From Octopus bimaculoides (Eukaryota): a stretch of DNA of 51,151 bases. The first letter of the stretch is position 1; each line of letters begins with the position of its first letter. The stretch covers positions 12,648,101 to 12,699,251 of the forward strand of contig NC_068993.1 of the NCBI RefSeq assembly GCF_001194135.2. The letters are read 5' to 3'. Shown in pieces: positions 35,779-49,108 of this stretch. The notes below the pieces were generated by a model. The model was given only the letters and a program-made list of their open reading frames with translations. It searched no databases and had not been told where the DNA came from. The position numbers and the translations under genes were made by a program.

Positions 35779-37490
35779 TTATGGATAGACATAGATTATT
35801 CTTTACTCTTCTATCGAGAACCTTGTATTTTGTGTGGGGACGAGGGTCAATTCTTTATAGAATTTGTCAACTACAATACAATATTTATATATGTGTTATT
35901 TCTTTGATCACTAATTTCATGGTATATAATAACTTGATTGATTATGTAAAATATAAAAATATTTATCTTTCACGTTATTCCTGAAAACATTTACATGACC
36001 TTATCTCTTTTTCATTAAAATACATGTCAGAATACGATAACAACTTACTACTATGCATCTAATAAATGAAATACCGCAGTTTACCAAATATTCGCTTCTC
36101 TTCACATTTGAATCAGTAATTCTTCCGCTCTCTACAACATACTGCAACAATCTACTATTTCGAATGTAGTTATCATCATCCTCACCCTTCTTGCAGTCGT
36201 ATATCAGTGTAAAATATTAATTTCGTATATAGTAACTATTGTCTTTACTAATCCTCTGTTGTTTCAACATTTGAACTGCATAAAACAAGTTTACTAATTG
36301 AAGATTGGACAAACGAAAATAAATCCGAATTTGCGTAAAATTTTGTCGAAATAATTGGTGTGGGTTATTATATAGAAAATTCAAGTACATGGAACCCAGT
36401 TGTGAAATGAAATTCATAAACTACTATCTTTCATAGTGATGTTAATATGAATTGCAAGACACAAATTTTAATATACGACATAAACTTGTCCTATTTATTA
36501 AGAAAATTGCATTGATCCGATCGGAAATTCCATAACTAAAGTGTCACAAAACAATCAACAAATGTGGCTGCGAGAACTACAGGAAATCCTGCAAAGTGAA
36601 CATCGAACAGAGGGAGCAAATTTATTTATTCTTTTACAATATACTTTTGGTAAATTAACTTATACTTTTACAATATAATATTACAATATGCTTTTGGTAA
36701 ATTTAATTATACTTTCACAATATACTATTCGTAAATGACCACAGAATGATCCAGAGCACCAGAAAGTAATAGAAATATAGCTTACAAATAATTTTCAACG
36801 ACAGTATACGCGTAAGAGCTCTACATAAACTGACATAAATAATAATCGTTATTTATCAAGCACTTTCATGTATTTAAATCTTGTCAAATCCCAATGCAGA
36901 TTAATGCACTAGTTGCAAGCAACAAGCAGCTTTCCTGTTTTAACTCATTCTATTTTAAATTATTTCATTTTTATTGGAAATAATCTTTTATTAATTTGTT
37001 AATTATATATGTTTGTATATATGTATGCATGTATGTATGTATGTATGTATGTATGTATGTATGTATGTATGTATGTATGTATGTATAATGAAAATGAGAT
37101 ATTGAATAACGTTGCGGCACTTTTAATGCTCTGCGGCAAAAGTATATACGTATTGATATGAATTGACTAAGTATTTTCTAGAAACATGCGTGATTGTGAG
37201 GTTACATAGTTCCCATCGCAAATAAGTGATTATTTTCGTGTTCCATCCAACTGCGCAAATTCTTGTTCAAGTAGTAAAGCCGTAGCCTTGAGTTGACTAA
37301 TGCTGTATGATAAGTGTCAGATAAAACTGTGTTTATGTTACTGTGTCTTTTCCATATATATATATATATATATATATCAGAGAAAGATTTTTATTGGCAA
37401 AAAAACCCCTGATGAAATCAAGGTATTTGAACAAACAATTTTAATATTTAGACACCAGTTATATTCTCTGGGGAGGATACATGTTATCTA

Positions 37491-37735
37491 GTGAGGTCGA
37501 TTGGCATCGTGGCTAGAGTGTTGCAGTAACGAGCTCGAGATCGTGGTTTCAATTCCTAGACCGGGTGGTGTGTTGTGTTCTTGAAAACAACACTGCATCT
37601 CACATTGCTCTGAAATCACTTTGACACCTGACGTATGATAGACTGTGCACCTCTTCAGGCAACGTCTATTTGATGAAAGGAGTGTGCTAATGTGCAGCAC
37701 ATACATTTGATCACCATAAATAAATCTTGTATGCA
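37491..37735 (+). mobile_element. SINE family C (head + body 1 + a third tail, T3)
   Basis: gtggctagagtgttgcag...cgtggtttcaattcctagaccgggtggtgtgttgtgttcttgaaaacaacact..atctcacattgctct, then an unrelated 3' part. Confidence 0.72.
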
Positions 37736-38019
37736 TATCATCCGGCAGAAATCTGAAGGTTCATTCGTCGTTTTCGACGGCATAGTCCATCATATTATCT
37801 GGAGATCTTTGGTGTTTGGCATATTTCAACAATCAGACAGCCTCGCCTAGACGACCCTATCAACCCAAAAGACCCAGACGACGATAATCAAGTTCCGACT
37901 GGTCTGAGTCAAGTAAGTACAATCTCAGAAGATTCCCATCTACATACACTTCCTGATCCACAGGCAATGTAAATCAACCACTGATGACACTGTCACCAAC
38001 TTATGGGACATTCGTCTAC

Positions 38020-38130
38020 TGAGGGTCCGCGAACATTTTAAGCTGACAGACCTTTCAATATCCTTGGGTCCGTGGGAAAACTCATTTAAATAACAGGGGA
38101 TCCTTGTTAGTGAAAAGGTTGGGAACCTCT
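38020..38130. mobile_element. Possible hAT (Charlie-like) DNA transposon/MITE end
   Basis: gagggtccgcg/gggtccgtgg subterminal motifs and aaaaggttgggaacctct (38113-38130), resembling the CAGTGGTTCCCAACCTTTT-type TIR. No partner TIR found. Confidence 0.4.
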
Positions 38131-39071
38131 CGTCTACAGCAAGGCTGGCCAACTGCGAGCACTGTATTGAAGAAGCAAATAAGAGGAAGTGATTCCAAGT
38201 TTGCCGAACGTGTATAGACATTTTTTGAAACAGCGTTTGGTGATCCACGATTTTTGATCTCAATGTTTACAAGTCAGTCTACATGCTGTGCATACACCAT
38301 CACAAGTAACAGTAGACAACGCAAACATTAGTATAATATATAATATTATATGTGTTTGTGTGTGTAGAGAGAGAAAGACATAGATACATAGATACATAAA
38401 TAGATAAATAGATAATATACATATCTTTCTGGGTGGAGGGTGCACGCCTGTATCCCTGCTCGTGTCTGTTCGTGTGTATGTTTATGTGAGCGTGTTTCTA
38501 TGTATACGCATATAACTACATAACTTTCAGATCGAATGTGTATTTATGTACTTGTGTACAGACATACAGCTGTTTCGATTCATAATACTATATATCTCTA
38601 TGTTCCTATATTTTTCATTAGGTGAGAACTATCCATGTGAGGATTTCAATAAAATTCTCGTATTTATAGATTCTGAATTCACTTCCTATCATTACAACAA
38701 ATACTTCTATTTTTGTATCGGAAAACATAAGAATGTCAACGCTTGCAAATTTGCATACACAAATAGTGCTAAAAATGATCTCTTTCTTTTCAAACTAAAA
38801 CTCTGAGCGCTCCCAGTACAATCTCACTCGCATGTAAACGTCATTGTCGTCGTCTCTGTCTCTCTCTCACCCTCGTTCTCTCTCACTCACGCTATCTATC
38901 TGTGTGTATGGGAGAGAAAGAGAGATGGGAGAGAAAAAAAGAAGTCCCCAATACTGAGAATAGTACTCGAGTACATACACATAGAGTACTTCCGTTTATT
39001 TTCAGGTGACTGGATCAGCCGACAGCTTGTATATATGCATATTCCTTACATGCATATGCACATATATACAC

Positions 39072-39123
<52 letters not shown>

Positions 39124-39181
39124 ATAGACAGATAGATAACACATGCACACATGTATGCCTATATGCTTATATGCACACACA

Positions 39182-39222
<41 letters not shown>

Positions 39223-39551
39223 TCTATGTATTTCTGTTAAAGTTCTGTCTAAATGTATGTGTGCCTACATACTTATCCTAAGGCATATTTTAAAGAACAC
39301 CGGAAATGAATGATTTCAGATTTTTCCAGAAGAATTTTGTTACAAAATCATTTTTTTTGTTATTGTTTTTGAAATGCTTTTCTGACTTTTTTTTTACTTT
39401 TTATATTATGAATTCTTAGGATAATGTTTTTGTTCAGAAGCCACCCTGAAGGAAACCAAAGAAATTGTTCACCCAGAGATAGAATGAAGATACTGCTCTC
39501 GGCATATTGTTTATTTTCAACATATCATTTCCTAGTTTGTTTAGCTGTAAC

Positions 39552-39555
39552 AATG

Positions 39556-39637
<82 letters not shown>
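39552..39637. repeat. (AAT)n microsatellite
   Basis: Direct reading. Confidence 0.97.
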
Positions 39638-39638
<1 letters not shown>

Positions 39639-40081
39639 TGTGGTCGTAATGGAGGTAATTATCATTACCATAATTTCTTGTAAAGAATCACTGGGAAAAG
39701 GAATGTGAGAGAATGCGTCTTGCCTTTTTCTTTTATCAAAAAATGGATATAGTGGAAAATAGATCTCACCTCATCTTCTCATTATGCATGCTTTCATGCA
39801 TATGCATATACGTATATTTATGTGCACACTCACACATACACCCACACGCATGCACATACTCACGTACACACACATACATACACACATATATACATACATA
39901 TATATATATGTATATATATANNNNNNNNNNCACATTTAATGACCACTGCAGGAAAAGAATACATTTATATTATTTTAAAATGGATCCTATTAAAGTTTCA
40001 AATTTGGGACATCTTTCGCGCATCTTTCTATCTATGGATGAATCATCCATCCTAATATACATACATACATACATACATGCA

Positions 40082-40112
<31 letters not shown>

Positions 40113-40199
40113 GCATGTATACATACATACTTACATACATACATACATATATGCATATCTATGAAATTAAAGAGGTAAAGAGATATACACACCAGAAAA

Positions 40200-40620
40200 C
40201 AGGGATTGCGAGAAATAGTATGACACTCGGTTAGTGTCGAAATCTACAAAGATCTAGACGCAATAAGTTTGTGCTGTCTGTGAGAACATTGATAATATTT
40301 CAGTCTACCGTGATACGTTGAATTCAAATGAATCTCTCTGTGATGCTGCTTTAAATAGCTTAGAGCCGTAAACAAGCTTGAGCAAGAATGCAGAATCTTT
40401 CGAGCAACTGCGAAGCCTTGCATTATTTGCTTCGAGTTTCTGTTCCTTGAGTTCATATCCTGTTGAGATTTCCATTGCTTTATATCATGAGAGTGGTGAT
40501 AAAGTAGCTACATCTCCGGCAGATGTATTTGCGGAATTGTTAAAATGTGAGGTGATATAACGCAAGGTATCTGTTTTGTAAAGACTGGCGGACAAACGCC
40601 ATGTATTTTGTCCGGAGTGC
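40200..40620 (-). mobile_element. Highly decayed LINE reverse-transcriptase N-terminal relic
   Basis: Minus-strand pieces in the expected order: HFNNS..., ...VARKILHS...YLKQH..E...NST (cf. LEKII.S.L...Q.GF...RST), and cta gat ctt tgt aga..ttc gac act = LDL.R.FDT (cf. LDLSKAFDT) at 40233-40257, with frameshifts. Confidence 0.4.
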
Positions 40621-40909
40621 TAACAGCTCTAACAACCCGTCACTTTACGCGGTTATCCGTGATACCGCTATTCTAATTGTTAGATCCAACATTGTCGGTA
40701 ATGAAGCAAATACCAGTAAAATATTAGGTTCGAATAAAATTAATTATAATATCCAACAATACAAATTAACTTCCCGTTCATTAAGCAGAATATCCATAAT
40801 AAAGGAGTGCAGCAGCAGCAGCAGCAGCGGCTGCAGTAAAAATTAGGTGCAGTAGCAGCAGCAGTAACGCAAGTAGTTGTAATATAGTAATGTATGCTGT
40901 TACTAGGTC

Positions 40910-40946
<37 letters not shown>

Positions 40947-41872
40947 CTTGCGGTGGTGGNNNNNNNNNNNNNNNNNNNNNNNNNNNNNNNNNNNNNNNNN
41001 NNNNNNNNNNNNNNNNNNNNNNNNNNNNNNNNNNNNNNNNNNNNNNNNNNNNNNNNNNNNNNNNNNNNNNNNNNNNNNNNNNNNNNNNNNNNNNNNNNNN
41101 NNNNNNNNNNNNNNNNNNNNNNNNNNNNNNNNNNNNNNNNNNNNNNNNNNNNNNNNNNNNNNNNNNNNNNNNNNNNNNNNNNNNNNNNNNNNNNNNNNNN
41201 NNNNNNNNNNNNNNNNNNNNNNNNNNNNNNNNNNNNNNNNNNNNNNNNNNNNNNNNNNNNNNNNNNNNNNNNNNNNNNNNNNNNNNNNNNNNNNNNNNNN
41301 NNNNNNNNNNNNNNNNNNNNNNNNNNNNNNNNNNNNNNNNNNNNNNNNNNNNNNNNNNNNNNNNNNNNNNNNNNNNNNNNNNNNNNNNNNNNNNNNNNNN
41401 NNNNNNNNNNNNNNNNNNNNNNNNNNNNNNNNNNNNNTAAGCCATCGTAAAATGGTGCTGGAATGGCACGAATTAAACAGCATCGAACTCTATATATAGC
41501 AGTATTTAATTTTACTCCACTAGTTTCTTAGTTCGAATTCTATTAGCGTGGATTATATCTCATTTCGATTCTTTTACAATCGGAAACGAAAGAAAAAATA
41601 TCACTGCCAGGCAAGATATGTCATTTTTTTTTATACCGCCCGGCATCGAATGGTTTTGACGGTGACGTCATCAAATGCGGCGGTGATGGCGATGGTGATG
41701 TGACTACGGCAGCGACTGTAGAGTTGGCGGGGGCAGCGACTCCGTATCCGGTTGGGAATTAATGGGCACTGCTTTTAGTCTTGGAATTCAACCAATAATT
41801 GTGAGATTAGCACCATTAACTCTCCCTTGAAATTACTGCTATTCAACACAGGAAAATAAAAACTTATACTGA

Positions 41873-41943
41873 TCAGAAGGTCCTTTGAGGAGAGAAGGTC
41901 CTTAGAGGAGCGAAGGTCCTTAGAAGAGAGAAGGTCCTTAAGG
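41873..41943. repeat. 18-bp minisatellite x4 (agagaaggtccttagagg)
   Basis: Units at 41873, 41891, 41909 and 41927. Confidence 0.9.
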
Positions 41944-42694
41944 AGAGAAAAACTTGAGCGTAGAAGTTAATGTAGTTGTGATGGTTGGATAAAGCATAGA
42001 TGAAGACAAGATAAGAGTCGATCGAGTCGTAAATATCTAATTGAAAATGATGTGAGACTAGACATTTCCAAAGAGTAAAAACAGTGTTAGTGGCCTTAGT
42101 AAAGTGAAAGAAAAGCGAAGCACGTCGACAGACCAGAAGCTGGAGTGATTCTGTAAGTGCCTGTATATCAATATTTCAAATAAATTTTCTCTCATCAGGG
42201 TCTCCAGCGTCTGTGTGTGTATGTGTAGTAACTAGTAACAGTTGCAACGCAGATATTATCTGAGCTTTCTACAATTGAAATAAAGCATTGCAGTATTTAG
42301 TTAATCTCCATTTTATGTTCTCGTTTTGAATCACTGAAATCAAATTTAAGTCGTACCGTTTATGTGATAATTATCAGTTATACACTGAGGTTGGTATAGT
42401 CGAGTATTCTTCTTACAGAATGTACAACCTCGTCATTAATACATCAATTATAAACATCTTGTACATATTGTATCTTGTCTTTGTTAAATGAATGATTATT
42501 AAATTACAGAAAACACACAAGAGGACGCAAAATACTAATCTCGCAACCATTTCTCTTAAAGAGGTCAAATTATTTAAGACATTTTACCTTCATCACAGGA
42601 GTACATCTCATTGTAATGTTTACTTATGAGTAGAAAATAAACATTTAGAGTTCGAAGTCAGAAAGTATGAGTATTATGTTAATTTGGAATCAGT

Positions 42695-43015
42695 TCATCC
42701 ATTTCCTTCCCCACTATTCCGTGGTGATAAATGCATCAGTCACCATCTCCGTAGGTTCCTATAAGAAGTAACTGCCATTATTTACTCAGGCTGGATTTCG
42801 AAGCGTGACCAACTTAGACTAAGTATATTATCCAACCATCTCGTTCTTGGTCTGTCCTTAGGTTTCCTGCCGATTGGATGAGCTTGAAAAATCCGTCTAG
42901 CGATTTTCTCACATGTCTGCGACGTTCTAAACACATGTTCGTAGTAACGGGACTCTGGCCTTTGAATGCGAAGAATGGCGGCTTGACATGAAAGACGCCT
43001 GCGATCTTTAGTCCA
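42695..43015 (-). mobile_element. RTE-clade (Rex3/Expander-like) LINE 3' end
   Basis: Minus-strand ILRIQRPESRYYEHVFRTSQTCEKIARRIFQAHPIGRKPKDRPRTRWLDNILSLSWSRFEIQPE resembles the RTE C-terminus (IERSQLRW.GH..RM...R....P.GRRP.GRPRTRW.D). A short 3' UTR ending ggaaatggatgaa follows. Confidence 0.82.
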
Positions 43016-44093
43016 AATATGGCTATAAATAAAGATGAAGTTTGTCAGGACGACTTCTAACATATTGGTAAATATATATCTTCTTTTTTCTTTCATTTTT
43101 GTTACCTTTTTTTGCGTATCTAATTTAGTATGAGATGTATGAATATTGAACCGCTGATTTTATAATTGGAAATTTTTTGATGGTATTGAACTATATTTAA
43201 TTCATTCGATTCTTTTTTTTTTCTATATTAAAATTCTTTGTAAACTTGAAAAAGTGTTGCAATGCTATGTAGCTGTGATGTAAATAGTATTTGTTTACTT
43301 TGCTTTTTATTTCAGTATGTCAGACATAGTTAAAGAGTAGTATCGATCACATTTGTAGGCTATTCTGGTTTAGTGAAACAAAATACATTTGGTGCTCAGT
43401 TACAATTTCTGTAGGCTGATATGTGTAAAAGACATAAAAAAGAAAAGAAAAAAAATAGACTCTTCCAATATAAATGTTCAACTTGCTCATTTCTGTATCA
43501 TTGAATCACTATATATAGATCTTTATACAATGGAAGATTTTTGAAAATGTATTTACAATATTTCAGAATCAATGTATAGCTTCTATATCTCGAGTTAAAA
43601 TAAAGTAGTGTGAAAAATAACAGCATGACTCTGATTCTGTAGGACTGTAAAACCGAAACTGACATCTGTTATATACAAACAGATATTAGCATTAAAATAT
43701 ACTCATAAATGATTTCCATTAGGATTCAAAGAAACCCTAAATATTCATAGAAACTGAGATGCTATTCAAAACCAAAAAAAAAATCACAAATTCAACAATA
43801 GCACTTGCATATTGAGATTAATTGAAGGTGGATGCCATCCACCTAACCAAATAATATATATCAAACAAAAGAGCATAATTTTCCCACTAAACCTGTTAGA
43901 AATAACAAGTATTTATGCATACAGCTACACTCTAATTCCTTAAAATTATGAAGGACATACTGGATTATGTAGTCATAGGATAACTGCCTTGGATTTAAGT
44001 CAGAACTGTTAGAGGAGAAATGACTTTGAGTATAGATTTGAAGTCAACTGTGACCTGAGTCTAATCTACAAGCAACAAATGAATGTTACCTAT

Positions 44094-44160
44094 CGGTGGT
44101 TCCCAACGTGGGTTATGAAAATCTCTGGTGGAGGGGTTCACAAAGATAGCACTGTAATCT
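44094..44160 (+). mobile_element. Possible hAT-like left terminal fragment
   Basis: cggtggttcccaacgtggg...ggggttcacaaaga resembles cagtggttcccaacc-type TIR starts. Confidence 0.3.
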
Positions 44161-45760
44161 ATGAGAGTGTACTTATAATTATTCAGATATATAATCTTAC
44201 AATTGAGACATGAAACTGAAAAAAACCCCCCAGTTTTTAAGATAAGACTAGCGTATCAAGAACTCAGAGCAACAAAAGCCTAAGGAAAATTAAATTAAAT
44301 AAAATGTGGCCTTGGTAGNNNNNNNNNNNNNNNNNNNNNNNNNNNNNNNNNNNNNNNNNNNNNNNNNNNNNNNNNNNNNNNNNNNNNNNNNNNNNNNNNN
44401 NNNNNNNNNNNNNNNNNNNNNNNNNNNNNATATATATAGTGAGATAGTGAGATGAGAGAAAGAGGGAGAGAAGGTGAGAGAGAGAAGCATTCATACACAC
44501 GCACGCACACACACACACACACACACACATATGCATACACACTCACATGATTATATAAATGTTGGAATTCTTCGACATATTAATACGAATTTATATTGCC
44601 GAGAGTTTTGTTTAGTTACCTGATCTTTGATGACTTCTCAATTTAGTTGCAAGTCTGACCGTTATAACTCAAAGTATTTTTACTGTACCTAATTTACAGA
44701 CACCCCAAGTAGCACGCAGCTGTTCTTTTCGTTTCAGTACAGTGAAACATAGAGAGAGAATAAAAGCAAACAAGAAAAAAATAAAGCACAGCTCTAGGAT
44801 GAAATATAATTCTATGATTTTGTATTTGAGTGTATGTATGTACGTACATATGTGTACATATGTAATTTAACGTTTGTATGTATGAACGTACGTATGTGTG
44901 TATACGTAAGCATGTATATATAATTTAATGTACGTTTGTATATATGTTGTAAGTACTTATGTGTATATAATTTAATGTACGCTTGTATGTATGGAAGTAG
45001 ATACATATTCATGTACATAGGTGTGTATGTTCATATTTCGGAGAATATCAAACAAAAATAGATAAAAATAACTTTCCAATCAATATTGGTATACTTAACA
45101 CAATATGTTAGTGGAAATTCCTAACAACTCAGATTTTACACGCTACTACTATACAAATGGTCCTCATTCATATAAACAAGTAAACGTTGTGTAATTAATT
45201 ACAATATTAATCTAATTTATTGTACCAAACTAGAAGCCTTAACTTCGATATTTCCCGTTTCGCTGCTAATTATGTTGTATGCGTCCAAGCTACTTCATAT
45301 CAAGGAACTTGCAATAACTCGTATTAGTGATGTCTATCGCTGCATTTACTCAGCCAATTATGTTTCCTTTAGAATCAATACAATGCTGTTGTGAGATACT
45401 GTGCCAGTACGAACTATAATGCCTGATGCTCTAGGTTGACGAAACGTAATTTAAGCAAGAGACATACAGCAGAATATCACTTTCCTATGCCACACATTAT
45501 CGAGAGTAAGATGCTGTTATGTAGTCACAAATTATTATTTGTTGAACAGACCAAGTATCAAAGGCCTTACAGTTGTGCTAATCCTGTAATATTTTTTAAA
45601 CGTAGTCTATCTGTTATGGTGGTCCTCATCGGATGCGGGGCAGGTGAAATTTAGGCGAACTTTAGAATTTTTAAATTTGTGATTTAAGGTACTAGAAAAT
45701 TCATAAAGATGCAAGAGCATTTTTAAATATGTGTTTATGAATATTATGGTCATAATATGT

Positions 45761-46142
45761 GTTGGCACTCCGTCGCTTACGACGTCGAGGGTTCCAGTTG
45801 ATCCGATCAACGGAACAGCCTGCTCGTGAAATTAACGTTCAAGTGGCTGAGCACTCGATAGACACGTGTACCCTTAACGTAGTTCTCGGGGATATTCAAC
45901 GTGACACAGAGTGTAACAAGGCCGGTCCTTTGAAATACAGGTACAACAGAAACAGGAAGAAAGAGTGAGAGAAATTAAGAGTGAAAGAGTACAGCAGGAT
46001 TCGCCAACACCCCCTACCGGAGCATCGTGGAGCCTTAAGTGTTTTCTCTCAATAAACACTCACAACGTCCGATCTGGGAATCGAAACAACGATCCTATTA
46101 CCGCGAGTCCGCTGCCTTAACCACTGGGCAATTGCGCCTCCA
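45761..46142 (-). mobile_element. tRNA-derived SINE family C (head + body 2 + tail T2), near full-length
   Basis: Minus strand starts ggaggcgcaattgcccagtggttaaggcagcggactcgcggtaataggatcgttgtttcgattcccag (A/B boxes). Body 2 as at 15905-16050; tail T2 as at 35610-35778. Confidence 0.9.
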
Positions 46143-46996
46143 TAACTCATATATGCACATATATAAGTACATATGTATATTTATGTAACTATGTATGCTA
46201 GAGTATGTGTGTGATTGTGTTTATCTTTCGCTGGTATGTATCTACTAAAAAATGTGAACGACAGCGAAGACACTAAAAAACATGATGTATTACAGTAAAA
46301 AATATCGTGTTGATATATATACATATTCCAAGCGAGTTTCACAGACAATCTTCTGTCAATCTCTTGTCAGAAATGTAATGAACCGGCGATTTGTCCGTAG
46401 AAAAAAACATGACAAACTACGCTATTATTCTCAAAATATTATGTAAAATATCTAAAAAAAATTTGCTTCTTATTTGAAAACAGAAACTTGATCAAATGAG
46501 ACGTCGCTAATTATTGCACTACTTAAACACATTTATTTCTTTAATTTTTTTTTCAAACAAGCTGCATATTATTGGTTCCCTTTATTATGGTACAAATGTT
46601 CTTTGTATTAAATGGAGATAGGGAAATGAGGATCATGTTTTCTTAAGTACATTAATGGCGTAATTGAAGTAAACATGTATCAGCCAAAGGAACCCCGCTA
46701 GATGATTTCTTTTTGCTTCATAACTCCTGCTGATAACCGACAAGTAATCAAAGAGCACTCTATAACAAAAATGCTATTGAGGACGTAGATCTCAAGGTTT
46801 TAATTTCGAATTGAAGTGTTTCTTCCCTTTTCGTTTAAGATATATTTATAAATAGCAGTGTGTACGAGTAAGAGTACAAAACTTCAAACAACGCCCTCGT
46901 AATAATCCCAACAGAGAGCATATTACACAAGTTCATGAGTATGTGTATAGGTATGTGTATACACACGCACAATTGGGTATAAATACACACACACAC

Positions 46997-47105
<109 letters not shown>

Positions 47106-47391
47106 CACATACATATATGCACTCACACACACAAGCATGTATGTATGTTTATGTGAGTGTGTCTGTTGATAGAAACAGGATAAATAGAACCCAGTTCCTG
47201 CACACACAAACACCAACACAAACAAACACACACACATACACACACTTTTTCACTTCTTAATCAGCTGAAAGTTACGAATATTACTCAAAAGAAAACAGTT
47301 TTATGCATGGCAATCGTGAGAACGACTTCAAGGCTAGAAGCTTTATAAATGCAGGATACTCCGCTCAGGAAAACACATACATATATGTATG

Positions 47392-47464
<73 letters not shown>

Positions 47465-47669
47465 ATGAGTTTGAGGTTAAAAAACCTTCTAAGGGATATT
47501 AAATATCCAATATACTACTGAATGTCCCTACGTATTTTTAACCAAGTGCTTACTATTGCATGACAATATTTTTGCACTTGAAAACTAGGTATGGGTGGGA
47601 GTAAATTAGAAATTTACCCAGGTTTCTTATTTTTCTTATTTGCGTATTATATATATATATATATATATC

Positions 47670-47820
47670 AAGGAGCACTCCGTCGGTTACGACGACGAGG
47701 GTCACAACTGATCCGATCAACCGAATAGCCTCCTCGTGAAATTAACATGCAAGTGGTTGAGCACTCCACAGACACGTGTACCCTTAACGTAGTTCTTAGG
47801 GGGATTCAGGAGATTCAGAG
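47670..47820 (-). mobile_element. SINE tail T2 fragment
   Basis: gcactccgtcggttacgacgacgagggtcac.actgatccgatcaacc...cgtgaaattaacatgcaagtggttgagcactccacagacacgtgtacccttaacgtagttc. Confidence 0.85.
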
Positions 47821-48989
47821 AGAGAGAGAGAGAAGATAAAAAAACACCGAAGATTTGTTTTACATGGTTAATTATATATTAGAGCCGTGATTATAAAGAT
47901 ATTATACACTTTTATAGAAAATAAGGTTTTGTTCTTACAACATAATTGAAGTAAGGACCGGTTTCGCATTGCTCATCAAGCTGAGATTTGAAAAAGATAT
48001 CTTTTCTCTTTTTATATATATATCCACCTTGTGTGCTTCTCCATTAAAATACTCTTATATNNNNNNNNNNNNNNNNNNNNNNNNNNNNNNNNNNNNNNNN
48101 NNNNNNNNNNNNNNNNNNNNNNNNNNNNNNNNNNNNNNNNNNNNNNNNNNNNNNNNNNNNNNNNNNNNNNNNNNNNNNNNNNNNNNNNNNNNNNNNNNNN
48201 NNNNNNNNNNNNNNNNNNNNNNNNNNNNNNNNNNNNNNNNNNNNNNNNNNNNNNNNNNNNNNNNNNNNNNNNNNNNNNNNNNNNNNNNNNNNNNNNNNNN
48301 NNNNNNNNNNNNNNNNNNNNNNNNNNNNNNNNNNNNNNNNNNNNNNNNNNNNNNNNNNNNNNNNNNNNNNNNNNNNNNNNNNNNNNNNNNNNNNNNNNNN
48401 NNNNNNNNNNNNNNNNNNNNNNNNNNNNNNNNNNNNNNNNNNNNNNNNNNNNNNNNNNNNNNNNNNNNNNNNNNNNNNNNNNNNNNNNNNNNNNNNNNNN
48501 NNNNNNNNNNNNNNNNNNNNNNNNNNNNNNNNNNNNNNNNNNNNNNNNNNNNNNNNNNNNNNNNNNNNNNNNNNNNNNNNNNNNNNNNNNNNNNNNNNNN
48601 NNNNNNNNNNNNNNNNNNNNNNNNNNNNNNNNNNNNNNNNNNNNNNNNNNNNNNNNNNNNNNNNNNNNNNNNNNNNNNNNNNNNNNNNNNNNNNNNNNNN
48701 NNNNNNNNNNNNNNNNNNNNNNNNNNNNNNNNNNNNNNNNNNNNNNNNNNNNNNNNNNNNNNNNNNNNNNNNNNNNNNNNNNNNNNNNNNNNNNNNNNNN
48801 NNNNNNNNNNNNNNNNNNNNNNNNNNNNNNNNNNNNNNNNNNNNNNNNNNNNNNNNNNNNNNNNNNNNNNNNNNNNNNNNNNNNNNNNNNNNNNNNNNNN
48901 NNNNNNNNNNNNNNNTATATATATATCTATATATATATATACACACAAACATACATAGATGACGGTGAGGGAAAGGGATCCAAACTCAC

Positions 48990-49108
48990 CATCTCCATGA
49001 AAACTAAATATCAATATAAGCGCAAGAATATTCTGTACGTAAATACGATCAATATTATGTGAATAATTGCAGCAGTCGTTTCTAAATGACAAATCCTGAT
49101 TCGAAATG
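48990..49108 (-). other. Candidate 119-nt exon (possibly 5' UTR plus start codon, ending ATG GAG ATG)
   Basis: Acceptor ttatgattttgtttgttttctag|C and donor ATG|gtgagt, both strong; unique sequence. Confidence 0.4.

Noticed and set aside
36630-36730. Short tandem duplication (ttacaatat.cttttggtaaatt...) x2-3; similar small duplications near 44860-44990 and 49420-49475
   Set aside because: Ordinary local slippage duplications with no further structure.
38622-38806. ORF GENYPCEDFNKILVFIDSEF... after a strong acceptor, as a terminal exon
   Set aside because: AT-rich, no recognisable homology and no linked upstream exon; retained only as an AG|GT site.
45420-45455. Hammerhead-like cctgatgctctaggttgacgaaacgta
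   Set aside because: The CUGAUGA box is broken, stem II is only 2 bp and there is no stem I.
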